This document shows positions 34,620 through 46,248 of a stretch of DNA of 64,000 nucleotides, piece after piece (position 1 is the first letter of the stretch; the number at the start of each line of letters is the position of its first letter). The notes beneath the pieces are model-generated. The model was not told the origin of the DNA. It was given only the letters and a program-made list of their open reading frames with translations, and searched no databases. Source of the stretch: Lophium mytilinum (Eukaryota); contig MU004195.1 of NCBI GenBank assembly GCA_010093605.1, positions 1,503,566 through 1,567,565 of the forward strand. Reading direction: 5' to 3'. The position numbers were made by a program, and so were the translations under genes.

Positions 34620-36163
34620 TGTCGCGGCAGCTGGGAGCCACTGTGAACGAGACGTGAGAAGACGCGTGAGCGAGGCTTGCGACACGGGCGTAGTTCTGTC
34701 GTGTTGGTGAGGATGTTGCGGTGGTGATTCACGATGTGCTGCAGGCGTGTTTGTTTGGGTGTTTTCGGCGGCGGCGCCGGAAACGAGCTAGTAGGCATGC
34801 GGGTCTTCTTCGGCGTCCCCAAGCTTGGTGCTACCGCACCGCAACATTCACTCTTCCATCCCATCAACTGTCTGATGTAGTTGACGCCAGCAGACAGGCT
34901 TCCCGTAATTATCTCGCCGACGCGGAGACTTGTGAATCGATCAGCCACCTCACAAGCACAGAGAGCTTCGTGAATCACGCAGCCAACCTTGCAAAAGCAT
35001 CAAAAAGTAACTCAGATCCAGTTGGCTTTAGACTCCAACTCCGTCCCTAGGCCTTGAAATCCGGTGTGACTACACTGAGCGGCGGAAATGAGCGTACGCA
35101 TCTCTCGAGAAGTCATTGCAAGTGGGCAAAAAAAGCCTCGTGGAAAGTCTGTCATGTGGCTTATTGACAGCTGTGGCTGTTCAATACGCTACCAGATATC
35201 AGAATGAGATGGGAGATGATTACCCTAACAAGCTTGCTGACCTTTTGAGCAACTTCTGACAGCCTTGCCTCAGGATAGCACTTGCAGAACTCTAATCGGC
35301 TCCGAAACACCATGAGCAGTGAGAAGAGGCACACATTTACAATACCTTGTTAGAGAATCTAAAGAGATCTACAGCCCTTTCACCTACGGAGAAGGATTTG
35401 GAGCGACGGCTCGCAACCCCGATCTGTGTGTACCTCTCTACCGCGGGCTGCCAAGTGGAGGTGGCATCGTGAGTGTAACGGCTCTTCAAGATCACTGGAT
35501 ACTATTTGAATTGATGATCCCCGCCTACTGTCAGGCACCATAGGCGACATGAAAACATTTTGACGCTCCTGGACAGGTATAGTCACGTGGTGGAAGATGT
35601 ATACTAGATACTCATCCCCTCCTGCCGTCATACAATACTGGCAGGACGCCTTCTGCTTGTGGAATCGCCGCCCTAGATTTGTTTCCGGAGGACCTAAGAC
35701 GCGCCTTCTATACCGTCCAATGGCTAGTGCTCAAACAGTGTAGTTTCCACTCTTCGCGATGTTACCTTGTCTCCTCTACTGTCTACTTCATCCGTATTCC
35801 AGCCTTCAGCTTCATCGATCGTTAAACATTGCTCCGACGATCATCCTTAGCAGAAAACGAAACCGAAGTGCCGTCATCAATACCTGAACAGTCCACTCAA
35901 CGCGCAAACTCTTTTACACAGGTTGTAGCACGTTTGCCTCCATGGAGTATTCCACGCCTAAAGCGGCGGGAGAACCGAATGCCAAGCCCATCGCAGAGGA
36001 AGACGTTCGACCTCAATTCTATGCTGAGCTCGAAGAGACTTTGTTCCACGATGATAAAATGGAGGATTGTGATGACTCCCACACATCTTCACAGTGAGTC
36101 ATTTTTCAGGGTCCTTTATCGGAAAGTCACTATAACAACATGATGACATGATATAGAGCTGGG

Positions 36164-37151
36164 ATGAAGGCTATTCCTACGCCACAAGATGTTTCATCTA
36201 GCATCTCACTTTTTGGGGGGGACCCATTCGAGATCGATGCAGTACCTAGTGGCGATAGCATTTGGCGATCCTCCTCGGATAACCTTGCAACGAGCCCTAA
36301 AATTCAGCCTGCTGAACCGGTAAAGTCGTTTTAATCTTCCCTCTTGGCCCTTTTGACTCACCTCGCAATCACAGATAGGCCGCCCTATACTAGTACGAGT
36401 TGGCCGTAAGCCAATTCGCAAAGACTACGATCGCCCTTCGGAATATCGCACGCTCCACTTCTCGAACCCACCCGATCTTATACCGACGCCTGATTCTAGA
36501 TACGCAGGCATGATACGCTTCCCGGATACATGCATCCCAGTGTTTGAAGCATTTGACAAGTGGATCCAAACCGGCGTCCTTGTCAAAATCAACGCCCAGA
36601 CTAGTCTTCCAAATGGCACGACTGTCCAAGATCTAGATGCATTGCCCGGCATCAAGCCCCATTGGATTGCTTTCACGCAAGTAAAGATCGCCTTCTTGTA
36701 CAAGTTTGGCAAGAGGTACGGCAATCTGAAGTTGAGGAGGGACGCCATGATCGCACTCCAACAAATGGACATCCTAGATTGGCGCAATGAGGTCGATCCA
36801 GCGGCATTTTTGCTCTTCGTGTACGAAAGGTTACCGCATTGTCATACTGACAACCTGTATAACTACATGTTGCGGACTACTGCGATTGAATGGGGTTCTC
36901 TTTCAGGGTTTGGTCCTCTTTCAATGTCCGACTTGCCCGTAAGGTCACATCAAGTCCATTGGTTTCGAACCATGGGCACAGACATAATGCGCGATATCAC
37001 GGCGGCCTCCACAGACCTCTTGTACCACTCTCCGCATCAAGCCGGTCGTACTGTCGTGCCTGGGTGGTGGTTGGTCGAGAATGCTTGCAGGTGGCACGAG
37101 CATGAGAATGTTCAGGATCTAGCTCAGTGTCCTTTGCGCCCGTGCCCGTGA
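36164..37151 (+). CDS. Divergent fungal BTB/POZ-like protein (5' end uncertain; intron 36320-36374)
   Basis: PILVRVG; IRFPDTCIPVFEAFDKWIQTG resembles the I.LP..DP..F..F..WLY.G BTB pattern; FLYKFGKRYGNLKLRRDAM; C-terminal ACRWHEH......C as in this fungal family. Confidence 0.6.
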
Positions 37152-37200
37152 AGAGGAAGGCGAGCGCACTCACTTCACCCTCCCTCCCCTTTGTCCCGGG

Positions 37201-37280
37201 GCATTCCATTTCGTTATGAGGAATTACAGCTCGTTGTCAGGCTTTACAGCTCATTGTCAAGCATTGCAGCTCGTTATGAA
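37201..37280. repeat. Degenerate 20-bp minisatellite, 4 copies (core TTACAGCTCGTTGTCA)
   Basis: gcattccatttcgttatgag / gaattacagctcgttgtcag / gctttacagctcattgtcaa / gcattgcagctcgttatgaa. Confidence 0.85.
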
Positions 37281-38031
37281 AAACCAAAAGGAGGTATGAT
37301 ATCCTGTTCAGGAGGAAATGAATAGATGAATACAGAATTACCATACCATAGCTCCGTTTGCCGTGGTGAATGCGCATATGCTGTATAGCATTCTACTACA
37401 ATGCCTCGCGATAAGCCGAGGCACGCTTGTACACCACTCTCTGACGCGCATCCCCGCTTTGTAGAATCCTCGACACAACATAAACCCTAAAGAGCCTGAG
37501 GTGGAGAGATCTCCATCGCGTCCAAGCGAAGTTTCTCGATGCTATTTGTGGTGGTCTAGCACATTATCGACGGCTCAGAGGAGAGGCGAAAGGGAGCGCT
37601 GGACAGGTGCGCTCGAATTATGTGTTTCTGTAATTGTACATAGCTTTTGCACATGCGGCTTTCACTGCGTGGGTTAGTCTGATACACTACCCAGAATCTA
37701 AAGCAAGTGAGCTAATGTTCCTCCAGAGTAGCCAATGATGATAACATCTAAGGTGAACCAGCAACTTCGCGGGTCATTCAACGTAGTAGCAGGATGCTTC
37801 TTCTCAGTTGTTAAACGGCGGAAGAGAACTTCTGAGAAACTGAGTCCTGGTGATGTGGTACCATTTTGTGCTCTATCTCAAGACGGAGAATTCCCGATCC
37901 TTCCTATGCCTAGCAATTGTTTAGACGAGAGTTTCAAGATGGAAACTCAAGCACAACCTGCGCACGTGGCCGCGGACTACTTAACAGGAGGCCGCCGTTG
38001 TTCAGTCACCCCATTCACCCAAACCGAAACC

Positions 38032-38637
38032 ATGGGACGAGAAAGGCTCAACCATTACATCACCGATTCCGCTATTATCGTCGAATTCGAAAATGAGACT
38101 CCAACCAAGACAGTCAGGCTCAATCTCAAAAGATTCCTAGAAGAATCCGACCTCCTTAGAAAAGATCTGTCTCCGACTCCGACGATAAAAATTATCAAAA
38201 CGCACGTCCTCAATCTCAAGACAGCGCATAAAAAAGCCGAAGGCGTAGACATCCTCAATGTCCTCAAATTCTACCTCGAGAACAATGCATTTACTTTGAC
38301 GAAACCGGACGAAACAATCACGATCACTGAAGTCCTGAATAGATGTTTAAAAGTCTACAAATTCGCCGAAGACTTTGACATGCCTAATTTTCAAAACGCG
38401 ATCATCGACTATCTTCAGGACGCTTTCCCGCCGAATCTCCATCGGGGTGTTGGGCTAGACACCCTCGATACTAATACACTTGAGAAACGCCCAGCTTGGT
38501 TTCGAATGCTTCTAAGATATGTCCTCGCCTGGGTTCACGTCGATCCACTGGACGAGAATTCGCTGCGTGAAAAGGACAAAGAGTTTCTGCTTCAGTTTCT
38601 TCTGGAAGTGGCACGAATCCATGGTGAGAGCAACTAA
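38032..38637 (+). CDS. Second divergent BTB/POZ-like protein, intronless (start may be further upstream in the same frame)
   Basis: ACCATGG context at 38032; ILNVLKFYLE...CLKVYKFAEDFDMPNFQNAIIDYL matches the LY.FA.KY....LQN..ID.L post-BTB helix pattern. Confidence 0.6.
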   Translation: MGRERLNHYITDSAIIVEFENETPTKTVRLNLKRFLEESDLLRKDLSPTPTIKIIKTHVLNLKTAHKKAEGVDILNVLKFYLENNAFTLTKPDETITITEVLNRCLKVYKFAEDFDMPNFQNAIIDYLQDAFPPNLHRGVGLDTLDTNTLEKRPAWFRMLLRYVLAWVHVDPLDENSLREKDKEFLLQFLLEVARIHGESN

Positions 38638-38935
38638 AGACACTCTGAGGAAGTCTTGGCGAGGAAAATTGGTTTGGCGATCAAGGCCCTTGCTTACTCC
38701 AGGCGCATGCCCGCAAGGAAGAAGAACAGACTTTGCCGTAGGGAATAGGAGGGAGGTTCGTAGATTAGAGTGTTGGAGAACTCTGCCCTAGAGAACTCGT
38801 TTGAGTTGGTCCAATACTAGACTAGATTAGGCCGCTATACTGCCCTCCCAATGGAATCATTACAACAATTCTTTTCCTGTCCTGATTCTCCGCAATAACT
38901 TCATATATATGCGAGATTCCGGACCGCCACATCCA

Positions 38936-38961
38936 ATCACGTGATCTTTAGCCACGTGATC
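38936..38961. promoter_or_regulatory. Tandem CACGTG E-boxes (ATCACGTGAT and CCACGTGATC)
   Basis: Two CACGTGATC copies 15 bp apart; function is inferred only. Confidence 0.35.
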
Positions 38962-39215
38962 TCCATTTACTGTCTGGCATGTTTGACATTCTTCTTCTAC
39001 ATGAACAAAGCGTGAAATGTAATAGATGATACACCATTCAGTATAGCACTGAGTTTGATAGAATCGCCTTGTCTTGAGTAACCCTTCCTAAAGTGGGTGC
39101 GCTTCCTTTAAGCTTGAGTCTACTATTTGATCACGCTGACTCCGAATCAGAGGAATGTTATGGAAGCATTCCTATAAGCTCCTAGCCAAATGATTTCATT
39201 CAGTCTTTGATTCCT

Positions 39216-39653
39216 CTACGCGCCCTTCGCAGCCGACACGGTAATCTCAATCCTAGCCGGCCCAGAAAGCCCCACCACCGAAACGCCGCACCAAGCCGGC
39301 CTATTATCCTTCAAGTACTTCGCCATAGCCGCCTCCAACCCTTCACCAGCTTCATCTATGCTGCCAACATGATATGTGGTCATCTTGTACACGCCCTGCC
39401 ATCCACCTGGGACACCGGCGGCAAGCAGCGCATTTTCGACGTTCTGGAACGCCTGCAGGACTTCGTCTTCGAGTGACTCAGGGTATTCAATGTCCAGGTT
39501 GCAGCCGGTATGGCCGCAGGTCTCGAACAAGGTGGCGTTGGGAGGGATGACGATGACGCTGGAGATGCCGTAGAGGGGGCTCAGCTTCTCGCCTAGACCG
39601 GGTGCGTTGATGCATTTTAGGCCGAGCTTGGTGAGAGGGCCTTGGTATTCCAT
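39216..39653 (-). CDS. Rid/YjgF/UK114 (endoribonuclease L-PSP) family protein, 145 aa, intronless
   Basis: ETCGHTG, EVLQAFQNVENALLAAG, VYKMTTYHV, RPAWCGVSVVGL, RIEITVSA. Confidence 0.85.
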   Translation of the reverse strand: MEYQGPLTKLGLKCINAPGLGEKLSPLYGISSVIVIPPNATLFETCGHTGCNLDIEYPESLEDEVLQAFQNVENALLAAGVPGGWQGVYKMTTYHVGSIDEAGEGLEAAMAKYLKDNRPAWCGVSVVGLSGPARIEITVSAAKGA

Positions 39654-40288
39654 GATTCTGGGATAGCACCGATTTGGACGGAGGAGAGAAGAAAAAAGGA
39701 GAGGAAGCGGAAGACGGCGAGTAGAATGTGGATTGAAGGCGGAAGATGGCAGACGAGAGATGAGAAATGAGTATCTAGTCCTCCTTATGGACGGACTCTG
39801 CAAAGAAACGGAGTTCTTGTATCTTAGCTGGTGTGTGCTCCGCATTCAGCATATCAAAGACTAGTCGGCAGTCAACAGCGAGTTGACAGTCGTTGACGAC
39901 CCCTGTGAGCACCGACAGTGGGGTTATTCTACCTGGGTCACGATGCACAAAACGGGCCGAGATACATCGAGTGTATATCATTGCAATGCTCAACCTCGAG
40001 TAGGGAGCTGGTTAAGCCAGGTACACTGGGACGGCGTAATTTAGTGCCTGACGTGCTATTGTCAGTGGGCAAAGATAGGCACAGCGATTAGATGCGCTCA
40101 GACACATAAAAGCGTCTATGCGCGCCGGAATGAGCAAGCGGTGGCGAGCAGACGATACCAGATACGAAGTAGCACCGACCAGCTTATCTCAAGAAACCCC
40201 ATCCACTCGTCCCCTCTACTCTTCCATCGTCCATTTCCGACACGCACTTCGCCCGTTCCGCTGCCGCTGTCTTAGCCATGAATCCAGG

Positions 40289-42169
40289 ATGATGCCTCCG
40301 GTGGAGCAACGACGGGGACCCTCACACAACAAGCCTCGCGTTAAGCGAGCCAAGACGTATTCCGGTTGCTGGACCTGTCGTTCACGCAAAGTCAAATGCG
40401 GTGAAGAGAAGCCATCATGCCGACGGTGCAATATAGCTTCACTGGTTTGTCAGGGCTACCGAGTGGAGCTCGTATGGAGTCCCGGCGATAGGGAAGATGG
40501 CGGTAGGAACTTAGTAACGCGCCGATCGATGCTAGATGGACACGAATCTTTGCGACCTGTGCTCAGTCATCGGGTCCTACAGTCGGCGTTGACCAACATC
40601 GATACCTCCAAGGGAGAGACCGATTTGCATGTTGGCCCCTTTTCCGTGTTTTCTCTCTCCCAGTCGACTGGATCCAGGGCTATCGTTTGCGAAGCACCTG
40701 TGCAGCATGGAAGCAATGCAAGCGCCGACGATGCCGATGAGAATGAGGCTCTTTCACCGGTCGATCCTAGCTCGATTGATTCGTTGTGTCAAAATAGCTT
40801 CAATGAGGGAGATGAGAATGCTTCACATGATATTGCCACCGTTGGAAATGATCTAGATGAGAGTATTCCCATTGAAGACGCCCCAGATGAGGAATCCATC
40901 GACGAAATCGTCCCAGATCGGGTCTCGGGCACAATCACAATGACAAGAGTGAAGCAAAGAATCACTCCACACCTCTTTTCGTACCTCTCATCATCCTCGC
41001 CCGAAGAACGCCAGCTTCTCCATTATTGGATTACAAACTTAAGCGGAATGATGATCCCAACACCACGTCAAGACAACCCTTTCCAGACCATATTTATCCC
41101 GCTGGCGTTGTCCGCAGCAGATGCCGGAGACTCCGCATCGGGAAATGCTGCCCTACTGCATGCTATCTACGCTCTCTCTGCGTTCAATCGAGCCCAAGTA
41201 TCGGCAACCAAAAACCATTTCCTCTCAGTCGGCACCAAACATCATTTAAAGAGCCTCGAATACTTGCGGTGTAATTTGGTGAAGACTGACGAGAGTCAGA
41301 AAGAAGCCCTTTTAGCTGCAATCATTGCTATGTCTTCGATTGAAGTCATTCGAGGCACTTCCTCATCCTGGCGGGTCCATCTGACCGGCGGACGAACCTG
41401 GCTCGAGGCTATTCACGCCAAGGACTGGACTGATAACTACAGTTCAAACACTCTTCACCAGATTTTCCTCTGTGTCGAGGCCCTAAATCCGGGAAATAGA
41501 AGAAGGGTAAGAGACGTGACCAGTCCGGAGGACGGAACCCCCGAAAGTGTTGCTCTAGTCGAAACGATGTCTAGCCCAGAATCCATCCGGTCCGGCTATA
41601 TCTTGGACAAAGTATTCGGCATTACAGAGCCCATATTCTACGCTCTCCAACGCATCAATCAACTATCACGACGTGCGTCGCCAGTGCCAACCGAACAGTT
41701 AGACGAGCTAGAACGCCACATCCGATTGAGCGACCCGGATGCCCTAATACCAAACGCCCACGAGCAATACGACCAACTCACCCAAAACCACGCCTGTGCC
41801 TTCTACAACGCCTGCTTAATCCATTTCCACCGTACGCTGAGAAGAACCGCTCCAGCAAGGCTTCAGCGCCTCGTCCAACGAAGCCTGTACCATCTCGGCG
41901 AAATCGAAAAACTTGAAACCGATCTGAATGTCTGCGGTCTCCTCTGGCCCCTTTTCATCACCGCTTGCGAGGTCGAAGGCTCTAGTAATCTGAGACAGGC
42001 GTGCATTCGCCTCTTTGAGAAAGGAGATCTTCTCGGTATCGGCAACATGTGCTCTGCCGCCACCATTGTCCTCGAAGTCTGGCGTCGAAGGGACGAGGAC
42101 TTGCTGGGTGCGGATGTTAATTGGCAAGACGTGATGGACGATCTAGGGGTTGATATTCTTCTCACGTAA
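40289..42169 (+). CDS. Zn(II)2Cys6 transcription factor (Arg81/Fungal_trans_2 type), intronless
   Basis: GCWTCRSRKVKCGEEKPSCRRCNIASLVCQGY binuclear cluster; C-terminal LLWPLFITACE, VLEVWRRRD, VNWQDVMDDLGVDILLT. Confidence 0.92.
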   Translation: MMPPVEQRRGPSHNKPRVKRAKTYSGCWTCRSRKVKCGEEKPSCRRCNIASLVCQGYRVELVWSPGDREDGGRNLVTRRSMLDGHESLRPVLSHRVLQSALTNIDTSKGETDLHVGPFSVFSLSQSTGSRAIVCEAPVQHGSNASADDADENEALSPVDPSSIDSLCQNSFNEGDENASHDIATVGNDLDESIPIEDAPDEESIDEIVPDRVSGTITMTRVKQRITPHLFSYLSSSSPEERQLLHYWITNLSGMMIPTPRQDNPFQTIFIPLALSAADAGDSASGNAALLHAIYALSAFNRAQVSATKNHFLSVGTKHHLKSLEYLRCNLVKTDESQKEALLAAIIAMSSIEVIRGTSSSWRVHLTGGRTWLEAIHAKDWTDNYSSNTLHQIFLCVEALNPGNRRRVRDVTSPEDGTPESVALVETMSSPESIRSGYILDKVFGITEPIFYALQRINQLSRRASPVPTEQLDELERHIRLSDPDALIPNAHEQYDQLTQNHACAFYNACLIHFHRTLRRTAPARLQRLVQRSLYHLGEIEKLETDLNVCGLLWPLFITACEVEGSSNLRQACIRLFEKGDLLGIGNMCSAATIVLEVWRRRDEDLLGADVNWQDVMDDLGVDILLT

Positions 42170-42283
42170 TGTGCTATAGTATCGTATTCCACTTGTGAAA
42201 TGACGACTCAAGATCTCATTCCCCTTCTCCCAGAACTCCGTCTATTCTTTCTACGCATCTCTAAAACCAAGCCCTCCCAACCG

Positions 42284-43387
42284 TCAACGCCCCTCTGCCA
42301 CCCACTCCTCGCTAAACGCATAATCCACATACCCGACAGGCGACCCTGCCGCATAAAACGTGCTCCTATCATACGCACCAAGCTCCAACCCCCGCCTAAT
42401 CCTAAACACCAAATCCGGATTCGCAATAAAGCGCCGGCCAAACAACACCAAAATCTCCTTATCCGGGTACGTCACATCAACGAGCTCCCTCGCCTCCTCC
42501 GACGTATACCCGCCCGCGACCAGCAGCGGGCCGTCCCAGAGCTTATACGCAAACTCAAGCCGCTCGTGGCCCGCCTCAGCGTCCTCAGCGCCGGAGATCC
42601 GCGACTCAACGAGATGGAGATACGCGATGCCAGCGCGGCGCGCTTTCACGATGATATCTGTGAACTGCGGGATCGGATCCGCCATCCGCATGCCCTGGAA
42701 CGTGCTCCACGGACTCAAGCGGAATCCCACGCGCGTTGGGCCGATGGCGGCAACGACGGCCGTGAGCACTTCGTCGAGCAGGCGGGACCGGTTCGCCACG
42801 CTCCCCCCATACGCATCGTCGCGGGTGTTGCTGACGTCCTGGAGGAACTGGTCGAGGAGGTAGCCGTTTGCGCCGTGGATCTCCACGCCGTCGAAGCCGG
42901 CGCGGATGGCGTTTTGCGCCGCGGCTACGAAGTCCTGCACGGTTTGCTGGATCTCGGAGAGGGTCATGGCATGGGGCACCGCGGCGCCTGGGTCGATTGG
43001 GATGGCGCTGGGGGCGATGATGGGGAAGCCGTCTTTTGCGGCGGTTGCGGCGTCGGCGGCGCGGCCCATGCCGAAGAGCTGGCAGAAGATGAAGCAGCCT
43101 TTGCTGTGGACGGCGGAGGTGATGGGTTTCCAGGCTGCGACTTGGTCGTCGCGCCAGAGGCCCGGGGCGTTGGAGAAGCCGCCGCAGTGGGCGGCTGATA
43201 TGGTGGTTCCCTCGGTGAGGATTAGTATGCCGGGCTCAGAGGCCCGTTGGGTGTAGTATTCCTTCATTAGGGGCGTTGGTACTCGATTGTCAGTTGCTCG
43301 TAGGCGAGTCATTGGAGCCATTCCGATACGATGCTGAACTTCCACGTTCCCGATCTTTAGCGGCTTAAAAAGACGTGATTTAGGCAT
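42284..43387 (-). CDS. Old yellow enzyme (FMN-dependent ene-reductase), intronless
   Basis: LFKPLKIG, MAPMTRLRA, AIRAGFDGVEIHGANGYLLDQFL, NTRDDAYGGSVANRSR, FGRRFIANPDL, YDRSTFY. Confidence 0.95.
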   Translation of the reverse strand: MPKSRLFKPLKIGNVEVQHRIGMAPMTRLRATDNRVPTPLMKEYYTQRASEPGILILTEGTTISAAHCGGFSNAPGLWRDDQVAAWKPITSAVHSKGCFIFCQLFGMGRAADAATAAKDGFPIIAPSAIPIDPGAAVPHAMTLSEIQQTVQDFVAAAQNAIRAGFDGVEIHGANGYLLDQFLQDVSNTRDDAYGGSVANRSRLLDEVLTAVVAAIGPTRVGFRLSPWSTFQGMRMADPIPQFTDIIVKARRAGIAYLHLVESRISGAEDAEAGHERLEFAYKLWDGPLLVAGGYTSEEARELVDVTYPDKEILVLFGRRFIANPDLVFRIRRGLELGAYDRSTFYAAGSPVGYVDYAFSEEWVAEGR

Positions 43388-43570
43388 GGTTGAGGAGTTA
43401 ATGGGGGCTCGTTCTCGAGTATGGCAAGTGAATGGAGGTATTGATACTTGAACATCGAGAATATAGAAGTAGTTATACTCGTCGTTTGATAGAAGCGCTA
43501 CCGCAACTGTCGGATGAGTGCGAAGTGGTTCTAAGAAGAGTTCTAACCAATTCGGGCAGAGAGATAGTTC

Positions 43571-43632
43571 CCGAAAGGGAACAGAGATGGCTCCGAAAAG
43601 GGCTTAGAGGTAGCCTAAAAGGGAACAGAGAT
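43571..43632. repeat. 15-bp direct repeat AAAGGGAACAGAGAT x2 with CCGAAA(A)GGG x2 upstream of the OYE gene
   Basis: Copies at 43574-43588 and 43618-43632; CCGAAA at 43571 and 43593. Confidence 0.75.
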
Positions 43633-44049
43633 ACTTCCATTTAAAGAAAGTGGAGACTGTGCTTAAACTTTCCAAGTGTGGTCCTGCATGTCTGGCCAAT
43701 CAATACCCAGATCGCCCGCTAATTATGCGCTAAGATCCTTGCGTCATGAGTGCAGTAAGCGGGCGATTACAAATGGGAAGACTAAACAGGTCAATACGCC
43801 AAGATTCACAAATAATGGGTTCTACCAACTTACCGCTGTAGACGAAGAAGGCATTTTGGACGTGCTACGTGTGATACAATGGGGCGAATGTTGAATGATT
43901 ATACCATTTGCTTTTACAAAGCAAAGGAAGAATTAGTCTCACACCACATGAACTTACCATCACTACCAAGGTAGACTATGGCTGTGGTTGGCCTACACGA
44001 GTATGAAGGGTTCCGAGACAGGAGACTTCCGGCCTGGCTGAGATAAAGT

Positions 44050-45758
44050 CTAGCCGGAAGTTTCTTCCCAGAACGCCTTAACCTGCGACATGAATGCGCT
44101 GTCTGACCAGATGAACTGCTTTAGGATTGCAAGCAATTCCGGCCATGATGTATACAAGCCTTGGAGCCTAGTGCTGCGGTTCGAATGCAACAGTACCACA
44201 TAGTCCGATCGTATAGTTCCGGTGGGGGCAAACGCTCCGCCGATGTGCAGGAGCCAAGCGAGCAAATCAGGTCGGTCGTCCCATAAGAGATCGTAGTTCG
44301 CTTGTTGTAATTTACAGAGAAGTTGTAGCGAAAGGTGGGACTATGCCATTCAGAGTCAGCGCTACCGATAAGGGACTGAGCGGCTTACGGGAATGGTTGA
44401 AGCGCGCCAAAGTTTGCAACGCAGCATTGTTGAGCATAAATATGCCGCTAGATGGCAGCATTCTGAGATGGATGAGCGATTCGGTAAGCTCACTAGCCGC
44501 GACTGAATGGATGCTTGGTGGTTGTCAACACGTGCCATCGATATCACATCCTCTGTACCGAAAAAAGTAGAGTCTCGGATACATTGCAACGCAGAGATGT
44601 CTTTGAGCACCTCAACAAACTCGTCACTCAGTAGATAGGACTGGCTTTGGAATCCAGGCGGCAGGATATAGAAGTTTGGCGAGGATTTGTCTCTGTGCCA
44701 CAGAAGTGCAGAAAAGGTTGTGTGATCCACAACTCGACTCGACCCTGTCAATACTGAGGCATTTAAGTCTGACCTGTTGACGAATGTAAGAATGAGCGGC
44801 CAACAAAGTCTTCATTGTCTCTCACCAGAAGATGGCACGTTTGATGCCGTCACTCAAATATACACCCTTTCTTCGGCACACGTCAAGAAGCTGCTGTATT
44901 GCTCCCATGTGAAGTTGGACTTGACGCGGCATCCCAAGCCGAGCCTATAACATAAAACAGTCAGCTATTCGTGCTGCATGCGGGCCAAAATTATGAACAT
45001 CAAAGGAGGAGGATTGCAAACCTCTACACCAGCGAGTAGCAGAATAGCCCCTAGTGTCGATTCGGAAGTAGCTCTATCCGGAGAACTCATCCTTTGACGA
45101 ATGGAACTCAAGGCCTCATTCTGGTACCCGAGATACTGCCTGTCAATGCTACTTGTAGTGACAGCAAAGGCAAATGTGAGCATGAAGGCACTTAGAAGAG
45201 CGTGATCATCTCGCCCCGTCCGAAGAACCGAGCGAAAGTTCTGGAGCACAAGCTCATCCGAAAGGCTGAAGACAGGTTCCGCAGTCTGCTGGGCCTTGTC
45301 TAAAGCATCCCATGTGAGCCTGTGCCGGGTATTTCTGAGTGTTGTGAAGATCTTACGCTGACTGTGCAATGCTTGTAGTCGCGGCGATTCTGCAGCAAGC
45401 ATCTGGAACGGGTCCGGCGCATCTGCGGAAAGGGAGAGTGGTGCTGCAACAAGAGTTTGGCGTCGTTTTCTTTCGCTCACGGGCCGACTAAGATTGTTTT
45501 CAAAAGACACTGCAAAGAAATTATGACCTGACTGTTGCTGAAGCTTTCGTTTCTTCTCGAGGCCCCGCGTGACAGCATGCGATCGGGCTATGCGCCTCGC
45601 TTTACGGTCATTGGTGTCGTTTAGATTTTTGATGGAAATGAAATGATATTGGCCACCTTGGAAAATGGAATTAGACACGAAATCATATTGCCTTGAAGTT
45701 TTAGCCTACCTATACTAAGTTTGTTAGGCTTCTCGGAAGGATGAGATATTAAGACCAT
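44050..45758 (-). CDS. Fungal transcription-factor-like protein lacking a Zn cluster (basic RxxxRSHA N-terminus, DPF motif), multi-exon
   Basis: ATG 45758; HFISIKN..RKARRIARSHAVTRG, PDPF, YQNEALSSIRQRM, STLGAILLLAGVE, ISECCHLAAYL, LLAWLLHIGGAFAP, ILKQFIWS; several GT-AG introns. Confidence 0.7.
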
Positions 45759-46248
45759 TTTGTCAGGCCATTGCAGAATGTGTATGTAGTTTAGCTTGGA
45801 AAGTCGGAGCTGGTTGCAGCAAAACCTCCACAAGCAAGCGATGAGGTCGGAGCATAGGAATGTTTTCGACGTCGATGACACGGGTGGCGGATTACAAATC
45901 GGAAGCTGGACAGTCACGTGAGGCGCAACGGCAACAACCCCTATTGTTTAAAAGCATAGCATCAATCTTTAAGGACGGGCAAAAAAGTTCCAACGAAACA
46001 ACACAAAGGTACCCTCGAGCTTGTTTTCTTCAGGCAATGGCTCATGCCTTGCTCGAAGATGCATGTCGATCTCCGGCAGGAAATATGGGTATTCTAGCTC
46101 GGATTTCATCTGGCATTTGTCAGCCATCTAATTGGACACCCTATTTCACGACTCTCATTTCTCACTCCCTCCGCTCGATTTGAACACGGAGCTGATACTA
46201 TACCAAAGGCCTATAGACCTGCATGATCAATTTGCTAAGTAAACAGCC

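Noticed and set aside
35319..35631. Short ORFs (e.g. ...QDHWILFEL...) as a transposon or protease relic
   Set aside because: Too short, with no supporting motifs or terminal repeats
37201..37280. CRISPR-like array
   Set aside because: Eukaryotic context, contiguous degenerate units, no spacers and no cas genes; it is a minisatellite
42200..43198. 332-aa plus-strand ORF
   Set aside because: Antisense shadow of the GC-rich OYE gene
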